64,000 nt of DNA from Bdellovibrionales bacterium (lineage in GTDB: Bacteria; Bdellovibrionota; Bdellovibrionia; Bdellovibrionales; UBA1609). Shown here piece by piece: positions 1 through 10,291 of this stretch (positions are counted from its first letter, which is position 1; each line of letters opens with the position of its first letter). The stretch is taken from positions 160,001 to 224,000 of the forward strand of contig OZ244719.1 of the NCBI GenBank assembly GCA_965219095.1, read 5' to 3'. A program made the position numbers and the translations under genes. Below the pieces are notes generated by a model. That model did no database searches and was not told where the DNA came from. It saw only the letters and a program-made list of their open reading frames with translations.

Positions 1-321
1 CCCTTTAGCTTGTATAAGGAAACCCTCTTTAATAAGCCCCATAGAAAAAATTTTTCCATCTACAGGATGCAAGGGAGCTTCTTCTAAAGGCCTTAGATTA
101 GGCTTGAGCTTTCTTGAAAAAAATTCACCTATTGACCTGTACTCAGAAATATCCTTTTCAGCTTCAGAGACATCAATGTTATAGATATAACAAAAGACTT
201 TTATCAAAAGAGTTGAGAGTCTCTTAGATACTCTGATATGAGCTAAAAAACCAAGTAAAAAGCTAAACCATCTTAAAAGCATTAAAGGCATTATAAAGGC
301 TTTTTTCAAAAAAATGAACAT
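1..321 (-). CDS. psd: Phosphatidylserine decarboxylase, 5' part (runs off the window start; not in the ORF track)
   Basis: Manual translation from ATG 321: MFIFLKK...YNIDVSEAEKDISEYRSIGEFFSRKLKPNLRPL...HPVDGKI...LIQAKG, matching PSD motifs (FFxRxLK, PxDG, QAKG). Confidence 0.85.
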   Translation of the reverse strand, partial: MFIFLKKAFIMPLMLLRWFSFLLGFLAHIRVSKRLSTLLIKVFCYIYNIDVSEAEKDISEYRSIGEFFSRKLKPNLRPLEEAPLHPVDGKIFSMGLIKEGFLIQAKG

Positions 322-484
322 GATGACTTATATTTTTAATAAATAGAAAAATAACTTATGGAAGAAGGCTTAAGCTACTGTTTTTTCCTAACTGTCTGAC
401 ATTTTTTGACATTGATCAAAATCTACACGCTCTACTAGCTTTAAAATAAGTCTTTTATGGCATCAAATTTGCATTATAAAAGGT

Positions 485-1198
485 ATGGGAAATTTTTTCA
501 AAAGTACAGATTTAAAAAAACTAAGCTCTCTCATTTATATTATATCTATAGTTCTTTTCACCAGCTTTGCTTTTCACTTGTATTTTCAAAATTTCATCTT
601 TTTTTCTAAAAACACAAATCCTAACTTAGACAAAGCTTATAAAGAAATCCATCACCCTCAAACGGAGAAAACTCAAAAACAAGCTCTTGATTTTATTGCT
701 GAAGTAGCTTCTCAACCTAAAGACTACACAGAAGATGAAAGCTTCAAAGCTCTTAATCTTTTAAGTGGTGTTGTGTTTCACTTTGGAATAAAGTCTGAAG
801 GAATGGATGCTTTGAAAAAAATTTATGAGAACATTTTTATAACGAAAAACCAGAAAATTAGAATAAGAAGTATTCTTTATCTAGAGTGGATTTCTTTGCA
901 ATGGACTCCTCAAAAGAAAAGCTATAAAAAGAAAGCTTCTCTTTCTTTAGATTTAAATTATGATTTAAACTCAGAAGAAGAAGAAATTAAAACAAACAAC
1001 CTAGCTTTAAGAGCTACAGAGTATCTTTTGAGTTTGATCTTTCTTAATAAACCCTTTATCATTTCAAACAAAGAAAGAGCGATTGTTTTAAGAAGTCTGT
1101 ACACTATATCAAAGCAATCAGAAAATCCTGAAGCACGAGTTTTTTCCATGAATCAACTTTTTAATATAGCTTTTTTAAGAAGCCGGGGAAGTTTTTAA
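485..1198 (+). CDS. Hypothetical protein with N-terminal TM helix
   Basis: 237-aa ORF, hydrophobic segment at about aa 13-40; no family recognised. Confidence 0.6.
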   Translation: MGNFFKSTDLKKLSSLIYIISIVLFTSFAFHLYFQNFIFFSKNTNPNLDKAYKEIHHPQTEKTQKQALDFIAEVASQPKDYTEDESFKALNLLSGVVFHFGIKSEGMDALKKIYENIFITKNQKIRIRSILYLEWISLQWTPQKKSYKKKASLSLDLNYDLNSEEEEIKTNNLALRATEYLLSLIFLNKPFIISNKERAIVLRSLYTISKQSENPEARVFSMNQLFNIAFLRSRGSF

Positions 1199-1232
1199 AG
1201 ACCTATTAGAACATTTCATTTATACAGTTATA

Positions 1233-1302
1233 TAGTGCTTCCGTTTATATTTTCAGGTTTTTTCTCTAGAGAATCGACCAGAAAATCTAAACAGAAGCAC
1301 TA
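1233..1302. mobile_element. 70-bp IS630-derived MITE, copy 1
   Basis: TAGTGCTTCCGTTT...AAACAGAAGCACTA, flanked by TA on both sides; ends match the IS630 ends at 8406 and 9544. Confidence 0.85.
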
Positions 1303-1379
1303 TAGATATTCATAAAAGTTTCTCTACAAATGACCTAGAAAAATACCTTTATTAGCTCATGAGAGGTGGAAGATAGAAC

Positions 1380-1470
1380 GTAACTCGGTTATCTGACCGC
1401 CCTATCCAAGATTAAATTTCTCTTATAAGTTTTTCTTAAGAGGAGGGATTTTATGGAAGAAGGGATTAAT
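1380..1470 (+). mobile_element. IS66-A left-end remnant
   Basis: GTAACTCGGTTATCTGACCGCCCTATCC...ATGGAAGAAGGGATTAAT matches the reverse complement of about 48877-48967. Confidence 0.85.
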
Positions 1471-1551
1471 GTAACTGCTCACCTACATTGTTCAGTTATC
1501 CCTAACTTTAGACCTGTTTTAAGGTAACTGTTCACTTAAATTCTAGTAATT

Positions 1552-3030
1552 TTAATGTTTAGAGAGGTATTCAGTAGCCATGTCAACGAAGGATAGATTC
1601 TGTTTTTTGGCCGTTCGAGCGACACTCATCATAACCTCTTGGTTATGTGCTCCCTGTTCTGAGCGATTGCAATAAGAGATTTTTCTCATAAGTACAGCAG
1701 GCCTAATTTCCCTCTCTCCATAATTGTTAGTGGGGTCTACTCCAGTCTTAATGAAAGTATAAATTTCATCTCGATATTTGACCAAACGTTTACAAAGCCT
1801 TTGTAAGTCATGGCTTCTGTATTTTTTTGATACCCATTTTCCTGTATCATGCATAAGCAGTTTGTATTTTCGATCGATATTCTCTTTACTTTCATATTCA
1901 TTTTGCAACCTTTTTCCCCTATTGAAAAAAAGTTTGGCTCTCTTAGAAAACTGAGCAATTTCTTTGCTTTTAGGATGTTTTTCTTTTAGCCCATGAAGCT
2001 CCCTTAAAAGATGGGGCCAACATTTTTGCTTTTGACAGTCAATCTTGTTATAGGCAGCATAAAAATCTGAAACTAAAACTCCACGAAAAACTTCTCCAAG
2101 AACATTTTTAACTACATCTTGCGAACGAGTTTGATCAATCTTATAAAATGACACATCATCATTTGAAAAACTCCAGAGCCAATGACTGTTCCCATTCACT
2201 CTCCATCCTGTCTCATCAGCATGCAAATGCCCCTGCTCCGATAACACGGACTTGATATCCTCGTAAGCCCCCTCAAACTTCCTTGCCGTACGACTTATAA
2301 TCTCTGACAAAACACCACGACTGATTTCCATACCATATTGATCAGACAAAAGATTTGTTATTTTACCAAAACTTAAACCCAACTCATATTTCCAATAACA
2401 CACTTGAGCATGAAACTTAGAACCATAAAGACTCGCTCCCAACTTATCACTGACAGAAACCTCCTTGTTACAACAACTGCACCAACTCCAGCCTACAATG
2501 TGTTTCGTGGTGATGACTTGACTTACAGGTGGTAAATCCACCTGATAGTGAACATCCCACTTATGAGAGGGAGGAAGATCAGAGTCACATTTACTACAAA
2601 CCAGTGAAGTCCAAGTGGTCTCCTGATCCGCTTCCTCAGGCCTTTTTCTTCGATGAACTTTATGACCCTTTTTAGGACCCTTCTTTTTTCCTTTTTTAAG
2701 GCTTCCATCTGGATTTTTATTCTTGTTCTTTTTAGCCCACTTAGGAGGCTTGCGTATTGATTGAAGCTCCTCTTTTAGTTTCTTATTTTCTTTTTTAAAA
2801 TGTTCATTATCTTTTTTTAAACGCTCACACCCTTCTTCTAAACGCTCACGCTCTTCTTCTAAACGCTTGCGCTCTTCTTCTAAATGCTTGTAATCTTCTT
2901 CTAAATGCTCATGCTCTTCTTCTAAATGCTTGTAATCTTCTTCTAAACATTTTATTTCTTTTTGTGCTTTCTTAAGCACTATATAGTCCTTTCCGTTTAA
3001 GTTTTTAGAATCTAAAGGAAGAATTATCAT
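1552..3030 (-). CDS. IS66-family transposase (TnpC-like), 492 aa
   Basis: CxxC...CxxC, HADETGW, VLVSDFY, QKCWPHLLRE, PTNNYGEREIR; N-terminal coiled coil. Confidence 0.93.
   Translation of the reverse strand: MIILPLDSKNLNGKDYIVLKKAQKEIKCLEEDYKHLEEEHEHLEEDYKHLEEERKRLEEERERLEEGCERLKKDNEHFKKENKKLKEELQSIRKPPKWAKKNKNKNPDGSLKKGKKKGPKKGHKVHRRKRPEEADQETTWTSLVCSKCDSDLPPSHKWDVHYQVDLPPVSQVITTKHIVGWSWCSCCNKEVSVSDKLGASLYGSKFHAQVCYWKYELGLSFGKITNLLSDQYGMEISRGVLSEIISRTARKFEGAYEDIKSVLSEQGHLHADETGWRVNGNSHWLWSFSNDDVSFYKIDQTRSQDVVKNVLGEVFRGVLVSDFYAAYNKIDCQKQKCWPHLLRELHGLKEKHPKSKEIAQFSKRAKLFFNRGKRLQNEYESKENIDRKYKLLMHDTGKWVSKKYRSHDLQRLCKRLVKYRDEIYTFIKTGVDPTNNYGEREIRPAVLMRKISYCNRSEQGAHNQEVMMSVARTAKKQNLSFVDMATEYLSKH
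2815..2948 (-). repeat. About six 21-bp coding tandem repeats (heptads EEDYKHL / EEERERL)
   Basis: Recurring TCTTCTTCTAAA(T/C)GCT unit with 21-bp period. Confidence 0.85.
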
Positions 3031-3131
3031 ATGAAACTATTTTTTAAAACAAATGACGATTTATCAATACTTTTGAATAAAAACTAGACCCTAACTCAAA
3101 AAATCTGAAAATCTAAACGAAAAACATCATA

Positions 3132-3201
3132 TAGTGCTTCCGTTTAGGTTTTCATGTTTTTTCTCTAAAGAATCGACCGGAAAATCTAAGCGTATTCACT
3201 A
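3132..3201. mobile_element. 70-bp IS630-derived MITE, copy 2, inside IS66-C
   Basis: TA duplicated at 3130-3131 and 3202-3203; empty site present near 18430. Confidence 0.9.
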
Positions 3202-3313
3202 TATAACATTATAGGCATAGGAGCTTTTAGTGAAATTTCAACAATTTACTAGAATTTTTCTGAACAGTTACGTTTTAAGATAAAAGTCTTGCTCTTACAG
3301 ATTTTCTTTTAAA

Positions 3314-3396
3314 TACTTTTTCCATTCTTTCTTTTACCTCCATTTTATGGAGACTTTAAGAGAAAATTGACTGTCCGCAGAAACAGGGGAAGTTCA
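3314..3396 (-). mobile_element. IS3 left-end remnant
   Basis: Matches 14826-14908; joined to IS66-B through TACTTTTT microhomology. Confidence 0.85.
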
Positions 3397-4200
3397 AACA
3401 GCAAAGAAAGCTTCATACTTATCTAGGTCGTGTGATAAGAGATGTTACAAGAAAAGGAGGTTCTAAGCTCTTGGAAGAGAATTCACCTTTAAAAAGATGT
3501 TTATCTTTATGTGTAAGAATTTATAACCAAAAAAGAGGAGATAAGAACAAGGTGTATAGTGTTCATGCTCCTGAGGTTTATTGCATAGGGAAGGGCAAAG
3601 CCCATAAAAAATATGAATTTGGCAATAAGGTGAGTGTGACAACTTCATCAAAAAACTGCTTGGTTTTAGGGGTAAAGTCATTTGAAAAAAATGTATCAGA
3701 TGTTCACAGTTTAAAGCCAGCCTTATCTCAAGTTGAATCCTTAACAAAGGTTAAGGCAAAAAATTTGTATGTAGATAAAGGTTATCGTGGCAAAGAGCAT
3801 CATCCTTCGGGAGTTAATGTTCATATTGGGGGAATGAGTAAAACATTAAGTCCCTACAAAAGAAAACTTCACAGAAGAAGAAGTTCAGTTGAGGCAATCA
3901 TTGGTCATATGAAAATAGATTCTCGTAGGGGAAGGAACTTTCTATTAGGATCACAAGGGGATGCTATTAATTGTCTTTTATCAGGAGCTTCTCAAAATTT
4001 TAGAAAGTTAATGCTAGAAGTTGCGTCTTTTTTCGTTTTTTTCACTGAAATGGCTTAAAAGGCCTGTACGCCTTCTTGAAAACTACTGTTTTGTTTAAGT
4101 TATGAAAAAATATTTAACCCTCTATAGTAGAAAGTAACAGGGATAAAGATCATAATGGCATAAAAATCCTAGGCTTTTGTCAATTTTTCACGTTCGACTA
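3397..4200 (+). pseudogene. IS5-family transposase 3' fragment (ORF 3432-4058) and right end
   Basis: DKNKVYSVHAPEVYCIGKGKAHKKYEFGNKVS, YVDKGYRG, RSSVEAIIGHMK; 5' part removed at the IS3 end. Confidence 0.85.
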
Positions 4201-4477
4201 TATAGTGATCATACATTTTATTTTCCTCCTTTGTTGGTTTGTTTATAAATAAAGTCTTGAAATCCTATTTTACATCTTTTTTTTGCTTTTTCCTTTTTTT
4301 CGAGTAAGCCTTCACAAAAATACAGGCTTAATCGAAAAAAAGGGAAAACACCCTTTGAGGCCTTAAAAACCAGGTCAGCTAAAGGGTTTAGAATTTGTCT
4401 CGAAAATCACCTCCTTCTGCAAGTACTTTAGGGTCACTACCATGGCTTAAACCAGTGACCTGTCTTTTTGATTTACC
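4198..4477 (-). mobile_element. IS110-A left end plus first codons of the transposase
   Basis: Near-identical reverse complement of 62877-63160. Confidence 0.85.
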
Positions 4478-4501
4478 GTCGAATTAATTTCTGTAATTGG
4501 T
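4478..4501 (+). mobile_element. IS630-2 right TIR stub (IS110-A insertion site)
   Basis: GTCGAATTAATTTCTGTAATTGGTA matches 58607-58631. Confidence 0.8.
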
Positions 4502-4503
4502 AT

Positions 4504-4581
4504 AACTCTTTACTTTCTTGCTTTTTTGTCCTTTTTGGGGGATTTCTAACTACTTTTTACCCACAGATTCCCGGGAGGAGC
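4504..4581 (-). mobile_element. ISL3 left-end remnant
   Basis: ACCCACAGATTCCCGGGAGGAGC matches the reverse complement of the ISL3 end at 56797. Confidence 0.8.
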
Positions 4582-4594
4582 TTAAATTAATGAA

Positions 4595-5890
4595 TTAGGG
4601 AATATAATCTCCTGATAATAAGTACCCTTTGGGAACTGTCAATACAAGTGCTGTTGAAAATCTGTCATCTACATGGACGATCTGGACTTTTCCTATAACT
4701 CTTCTTTGATTTCTATAACGAGATTCTGTTTTTCTAAGTTCTTCATTTTCTTTAACCTTCAAGACATCTCCTTTTTTAAGTCCATCTAAATAACCTGCAT
4801 TGATGTAAACAAAAGAGTTTACTTCATGAAAACGCTTGTTAAGAGTAGGAGCTCCTCCAATGATCTGTGATTTATATTTTTTGGTTACAGCAGGGGCTAC
4901 TTGATCTAGGTTTTTAGGAATTTTTATTTTTTCTATACTGTCCGTGACAACAATGTCGGTAAACTCTATAGGTTGGAAACTTTGTACTACCTCAGCTTCA
5001 TAAATATCATAAAAACTGCCTTTTTGTATTTTTTCTAGAATTTTTAGCGTTCCTGATAGAGTAATGCTATAGGGTCTTGAAGAGAAGATGAATTTATTAA
5101 TTTTAGATAAAGGACCTTGATTTTTTAAAATTAAGAGAATTTTTCCTGATTCATATTCATTTTTATTTTTTAATCTCACAAGCACTTTGTTTTGTGGAGA
5201 ACTAAGTTTCATACTGTTTTCATTTTCTATTAATCGGCCAATTCCTTTGGGAGGATAGTTGAGTACATAATAGGATAGAATTTTATAGTTATCACGTTTG
5301 AGAGATTCAGAGTAATAGCCCTTCAGCTCTAGATCTTCTTCTTGAGGTTCTTTGATGATTTGCAAATCAGCTAAACTAGGGGGAAGTTTTGTTAACAAAG
5401 GCTTATAAGGATAAAGAGGATCAGGTATGACGTCTTCAATTTTTTCACTAAAAGGAGGTAAGGCTCTTTTTTTAATCTCTGTAGGTTCTTCTATAACGCT
5501 ACTAGTGCTATCTTTGTTTTGTGAGGGTGTATCTTTTGAAACTTTCACTTCAACTTTTGGTGTTGTGGTTAAGGATCCAAAAGAGAAAATTAATTTCTTT
5601 CCAGGAAAGATCTGGTGAGGATTCGTAATACGAGCATTGAAAGACCAAATTTTAGGCCAATAAAAGCCTGTCCCAAAAAGCACACGGCTAATATCCCACA
5701 AAGTATCGTTTTTTTGAATGATGTACTCTTCGCTAGCTTGTGCTTGATTAAGGAGAGTGTCCCATTCTTTTTCGGACAAGAGAGGATACTTATAAGTATA
5801 GATATAATTGAGTTTTTTCTCATAAGCTTTGTCTGCTAGAGAAGAGTTTGTATAGAAATAAAAAACTAAAGGCAAAAAGAAGAGTTTCAT
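4595..5890 (-). CDS. Secreted LysM peptidoglycan-binding protein
   Basis: Signal peptide; YIIQKNDTLWDISRVLFGTGFYWPKIWSFNARITNPHQIFPGKKL. Confidence 0.88.
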   Translation of the reverse strand: MKLFFLPLVFYFYTNSSLADKAYEKKLNYIYTYKYPLLSEKEWDTLLNQAQASEEYIIQKNDTLWDISRVLFGTGFYWPKIWSFNARITNPHQIFPGKKLIFSFGSLTTTPKVEVKVSKDTPSQNKDSTSSVIEEPTEIKKRALPPFSEKIEDVIPDPLYPYKPLLTKLPPSLADLQIIKEPQEEDLELKGYYSESLKRDNYKILSYYVLNYPPKGIGRLIENENSMKLSSPQNKVLVRLKNKNEYESGKILLILKNQGPLSKINKFIFSSRPYSITLSGTLKILEKIQKGSFYDIYEAEVVQSFQPIEFTDIVVTDSIEKIKIPKNLDQVAPAVTKKYKSQIIGGAPTLNKRFHEVNSFVYINAGYLDGLKKGDVLKVKENEELRKTESRYRNQRRVIGKVQIVHVDDRFSTALVLTVPKGYLLSGDYIP

Positions 5891-5896
5891 CTTCTT

Positions 5897-6376
5897 TTAT
5901 TTTACCTCATTTATCTCCCTTTTAAAAATTTCTTTTTCAAGTTCAACCCTTTGGGCTTCTAGACTTCCAGGGTAAAGTTTTGGTATTTGGTCTAGGGTTT
6001 TTTTTGCTAAATCATAAATTCCCATTCTTTGATAGAGGATGGCTTTCGCAAAGAGAGCTGCCTTTAATTTGTTTCCTTTTGGGAAATCTTTCAGTATTTT
6101 TTGGAAAGTTTTTAAAGCTTCGTGGTATTGTTTTTGATTCAGATGAAGCCTCCCTAGAAGATAAAGAGCATTGTCAAGGTAAAGACTTTTAGGAAACTGT
6201 GCTTCAAAAGTGGCTAGGATTCTCTTTAAAGTCTCTATGTGATTTTTTTGGTAAGCTGTGATAATACGAGTGTAAAACAGATCTTCTGTAAAAATCTGAA
6301 GAGGTTTTTGAGGTTTAAGACTGGCTTGGCTAGTAGAGTTAAAAAGAAGAAAATAGGCTAAAATAAAAAACTTCAT
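5897..6376 (-). CDS. TPR protein, YbgF/CpoB-like
   Basis: FPKSLYLDNALYLLG...FPKGNKLKAALF...LYPGS repeats; signal peptide. Confidence 0.8.
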   Translation of the reverse strand: MKFFILAYFLLFNSTSQASLKPQKPLQIFTEDLFYTRIITAYQKNHIETLKRILATFEAQFPKSLYLDNALYLLGRLHLNQKQYHEALKTFQKILKDFPKGNKLKAALFAKAILYQRMGIYDLAKKTLDQIPKLYPGSLEAQRVELEKEIFKREINEVK

Positions 6377-6987
6377 ATCTCTTAATTTAAAGAATGGGAT
6401 TTAAAATGACAAGAGGATGAAATAAGATTTTTATCCACGAAGTTTGTGAATAAAGAGGAAAACTGGACTTTGGTTTTAAGAACAGACCTTAATTTTAGCC
6501 CTTTGATCTGTTTTGGAAAGCTTTAATTATTTGATATCATTGGATTTTTTTATAATTCAAGGACTTTAAGTCTCAGAAAATTTCATTTTCTTAAAAGCTT
6601 TGTTTTTGAACAAGATTGAACTCAAATTAAATTTTATTTGAGCTGAGTTTGGGATATTTTATGCCATCTATTTTATGATGACTTTAGAATTTCTTCCTGT
6701 TTTTATTGTGTATTTTTTGTAACTTACACGTGTTTGTTCTATTTTTTAGCAAATACTTCTCCTATTGCTCATTCTTGGTGCCTTAATAGAGAGGTGTACA
6801 GAAATGTCACTGATTTTATCTTTTCAGTATTGTTTGTACTCAAACCCTAGCTCAAAAAAATCCAGACAAATTGTAGCTTCTTCAAAAATTAGGCTTAGTG
6901 TGTCTTTTTGTGATTTCAGGCTTTATGTATTTTTTTAGACAGTGTGTTAAAGAAGTTTCCTTATTTTATTGCAAAGCTTCTTTCTTC

Positions 6988-7021
6988 GTAACTGCTTACC
7001 CACATTGTTCAGTTATCCCTA
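6988..7021 (+). mobile_element. IS66-B left-end stub
   Basis: GTAACTGCTTACCCACATTGTTCAGTTATCCCTA. Confidence 0.8.
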
Positions 7022-7065
7022 TGATCTTCCCCCAAAAAAGTGGACAGTTTTTTGGGGGAAGATCA
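7022..7065. mobile_element. 44-bp palindromic IS3-end mini element
   Basis: TGATCTTCCCCCAAAAAAGTGGACAGTTTTTTGGGGGAAGATCA; similar copy at 25330. Confidence 0.75.
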
Positions 7066-7530
7066 CAACCTCTCAAAACTCCATCGCATGTCTATCTTTT
7101 GAGAGCAGACAAAAATACGGTAGCCTTCCGATAAAAAAATCATAAACTCCTCACTAATTCTAAAACTTCTTCCCAATCTAGACCCTTTAAGACTAAGACC
7201 TTCTTATCCTCACATGACTTTTCCTTTTTCAAAGAAACGGTCTTAAAAAGGGACTGGGATACTGTTGAAACATAAGACTTCTTCCAGTTATTGATTGTAG
7301 AGGGGCTGACTTTTGCTTCTTTACAAAATTTAGAAATCTTCTCTTCTTTCAAAAAATCTAGAATCTCTCTGTGCTTCTGAGTAGCGGATAAGCTTCTTGT
7401 TGGAATTCTTCTCTTGACAAAGCTGTATCTTCTTTTTTAAATTAATCTCTTCTTCCATAAAATTCTCACTCTTAAGAAAAACTTATAAGAGAGATTTAAA
7501 CTTGGATAGGGCGGTCAGACAACCGAGTAC
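7066..7530 (-). pseudogene. IS66-A left end with decayed tnpA and start of tnpB
   Basis: Diverged copy of 48490-48967. Confidence 0.85.
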
Positions 7531-7659
7531 CTAAAACTGATAAAATTGATGCTGAAAAACTTGTTTTATTGTTACGCTCTGGCCTTTTGAAACCAGTTTT
7601 TCACTCAGGTGATGAATTCATTTACCTAAATTCGGTGTTAAAAATATACACTACAGTTG

Positions 7660-10291
7660 TCATTTTACAAGGTGTTTATCCACGGCTTTGAGTATTTTTT
7701 CTTGAGATTTACTCAATGTGACTATTTTAGAGAACATATGGCGTTTTTTCTTGTCCTCCATATAAACTTTGTACACACTTCCCAATTCTTTTAGTGCTTC
7801 TTCAGGAGATATCTTAAGATTGTTTAAACTTAACTTTAGAACGGACAGCAAAAGATAGGATAAATAACATATAAAAACATGAGCGATAACTCGGTTATAC
7901 AACCAATGTCGAATCGGACGCAGATGAGTGATTCCTTTTAAAGTCTTAAATGCTTTTTCTATAATATCTTTGTCAAAATATAATTTTAACATGTCTCTGT
8001 CAGGGATATTTTTTGTAGAAAATAAACAAAAATAGCCGTCAAATTCTTCTGCCTTTTCTAATTCTTGTTTTCTAATTCTCCCTTGAGACGTCAAGTATTT
8101 TTCTAAGCCCGTCTTTATAGGCTTTCCTTGAAGAATTTGGTTTTGAGCATGTTCTATCTCATGGTGACGGGATTCTTTTATCTCTACTTTTCTGCGCTCA
8201 TTGAAACAAATAGCCAACTTCCCTTTTATCTTACCTAGCTTATAAGGAAAGCTCTTGATATAAAAAGTGTTTTTACCAAGCCTTGCCATGTTAGAAACAT
8301 GACTTATAGGTTTTGTCTTTAGGGCTTTTCTAAGCACTTTTTTTTCTCGATCTTTTAAAGGAAGACCACATAAGCTATTCCACCCCAAGCCTTTTATCCC
8401 CTCTATAGTGCTTCCGCTTAGGTTTTCAGTTTCCTAAGATAGAGAAGTTATCAGTTATCAAAGTTTCTAATTTAGATCTGTGTTTTCGTATTCCTCTAAA
8501 AAATTGACTTAAACTTCCCTTGAAATCGTCATAGTTTTCATAATATCGATTCGCCGTGACCTCTTTTTTCATAAACTTCCAAAGTCTTTCTATAGGATTT
8601 AAATTCGGTGAGTACGGAGGAAGATAAACAAGTTTTATATTCAACTCTTTCGCTAACTTCTTGACAGACTTCGATCTATTGTATCCGGCCCCATCTAAGA
8701 TAAGATGAATCTCTTTTTCATCGGGATACTTCTTAATGAATATGATAGAGCATATCACATAGAAAAACTTCGTTAACTGTCTTATAACTCCTGACTACCG
8801 TCTTCAAACTATTGATCTCAATAGCTCCACAAACATTCACTCTTTTTCTCCAGCCTGAATTGGTCTTCACTTCAAACTTCTTACCCTCTCTTATCCAACC
8901 ATATGAAATCGTAGGGCCCCACTCAGGATGTGTGGAATCAGCAAAGTAAACAGGACCGTCTTTCTTCTTAATTCTCTTGTATTTACGCACAAACTTTTTC
9001 TGCTCTTCTCTCTTTGCCTTACCCGGTATCGCTGTGGCTTTTTTATAAGAAAAACCAAGGCGATGGAGAAGATCAATTACACCACTTGTTAAAGTACGTA
9101 ACACCAAAATTCTCCTCAATGAACTGGATAACAGATTGTGATGATGGAAAAATTCTTTTCTCTAATTCCTTTAAAAGCATTTTCTCCTCTTTCTTAGTTA
9201 AAAAGGACCTTTTAGGGTTGTAATTGTCGTTGATTAAGCACTCTATCCCGCCTTTGTTATAACGATCTCTACAGGCTCTTATCGTGCCCTCATCAATGAA
9301 AAGAAAACGGGAAATATCTTTACACAACTCACCTTTATCTAAATGGAGAATTGTCATAATCCTTTTTACGTATTTAAGATTTTTCTCTAGAGATAGTTCA
9401 TAGAGTAAATCTTTTCGCTCTTTTTTTGATAGAAACCCTGACATATGAAACTATTTTTAAAAATAAATGACTTTTTATCAAGGCCTTAGAATAAAAACTA
9501 GACCTCAACTCAAAAAAAAACGGAAAACCTAAGCGGAAGCACTATATATTCTGTCGAGATGTTACCCCTCTGTCTGATACAAAAACACCTGAGCGAAGAT
9601 TATAGCTAGAAAAACTTTTAATAAGAGAAAATAGAGCCTTACTGTCATGTATGTTTCCATTGAAGGTTTTATGAAAAACGGGGATGCCTTCCTTTTGAGT
9701 TGTTGCAAGGCCTATTTGAATAAGAGGCTTTGATTTCCCATCCTTGCTTTTTCCAAGCTTAGCAAGCTGGCATTTTGTCCCATACAAATAAGTATTGGTC
9801 ACATCATAAACGATTCCCTTTGTGGACAGATCATATATATTTTTTACGATATTAAAAATATCTCTTTGATGTCGCTCTATTCTTTCTTCAGTTAAAGAGT
9901 CTAAAGCTGACAATAGACGTTCTTCTGTTAAACCTTCTAAATCCAAAATAGTATTTAAGTCCGTTCTGGAAAACCAGTCTGGCATATTATTAACACTTTT
10001 GTAATTTAAGCAATGTGCATAAACCATGCTTAATATCTCATTTGAATAATTTTCCAATATGTCCGGGAGTTTGATTTTTTTTGATATTTTGTCTAGGACG
10101 ATAAGGGGGCCATGAATTTTAACTTCAGAGATTTGAATGTCCTCTGAGCTTAGTGAAATCACTTTTTTACCGCTCACTTCTTTTCCAATATAGCGAATAT
10201 GCTTTTGCACAACCTTGCCCTTAATTCTTTTACTTTCTACCTCAGCCAGATAAGTTTTATTGCCTTTTTTTATTTTTCTTATGAAGCTCAT
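7660..10291 (-). pseudogene. IS1634 transposase split by IS630-1 (ORFs 9542-10321 and 7660-8388)
   Basis: Removing the IS630 and one TA restores the frame (SRQNIEGIKGLGWN); YDVTNTY, LRPIRHWLYNRVIAHVFICYL. Confidence 0.9.
8406..9544 (-). mobile_element. IS630-1 copy 1; transposase in three frameshifted pieces (9073-9444, 8733-9119, 8426-8758)
   Basis: TIR TAGTGCTTCCGCTTAGGTTTTC; TA TSD; FADSTH, LDGAGYN, LPPYSPNLNPIERLW. Confidence 0.92.

Larger units (their letters stand above)
1524..3271 (-). mobile_element. IS66-C, single-ORF IS66-family element
   Basis: TIR GTAACTGTTCA / TGAACAGTTAC; 8-bp TSD GTTTTAAG at 1516-1523 and 3272-3279. Confidence 0.9.
1471..3320 (+). mobile_element. IS66-B left-end remnant, split by an IS66-C insertion
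   Basis: 1471-1523 plus 3280-3320 equals the IS66-B left end starting at 33999. Confidence 0.85.

Noticed and set aside
2815..2948. Regular short repeats resembling a CRISPR array
   Set aside because: In-frame 21-bp coding repeats with no unique spacers and no cas genes
6420..6987. Long AT-rich intergenic stretch, possibly a decayed gene or IS
   Set aside because: No motif or repeat could be assigned
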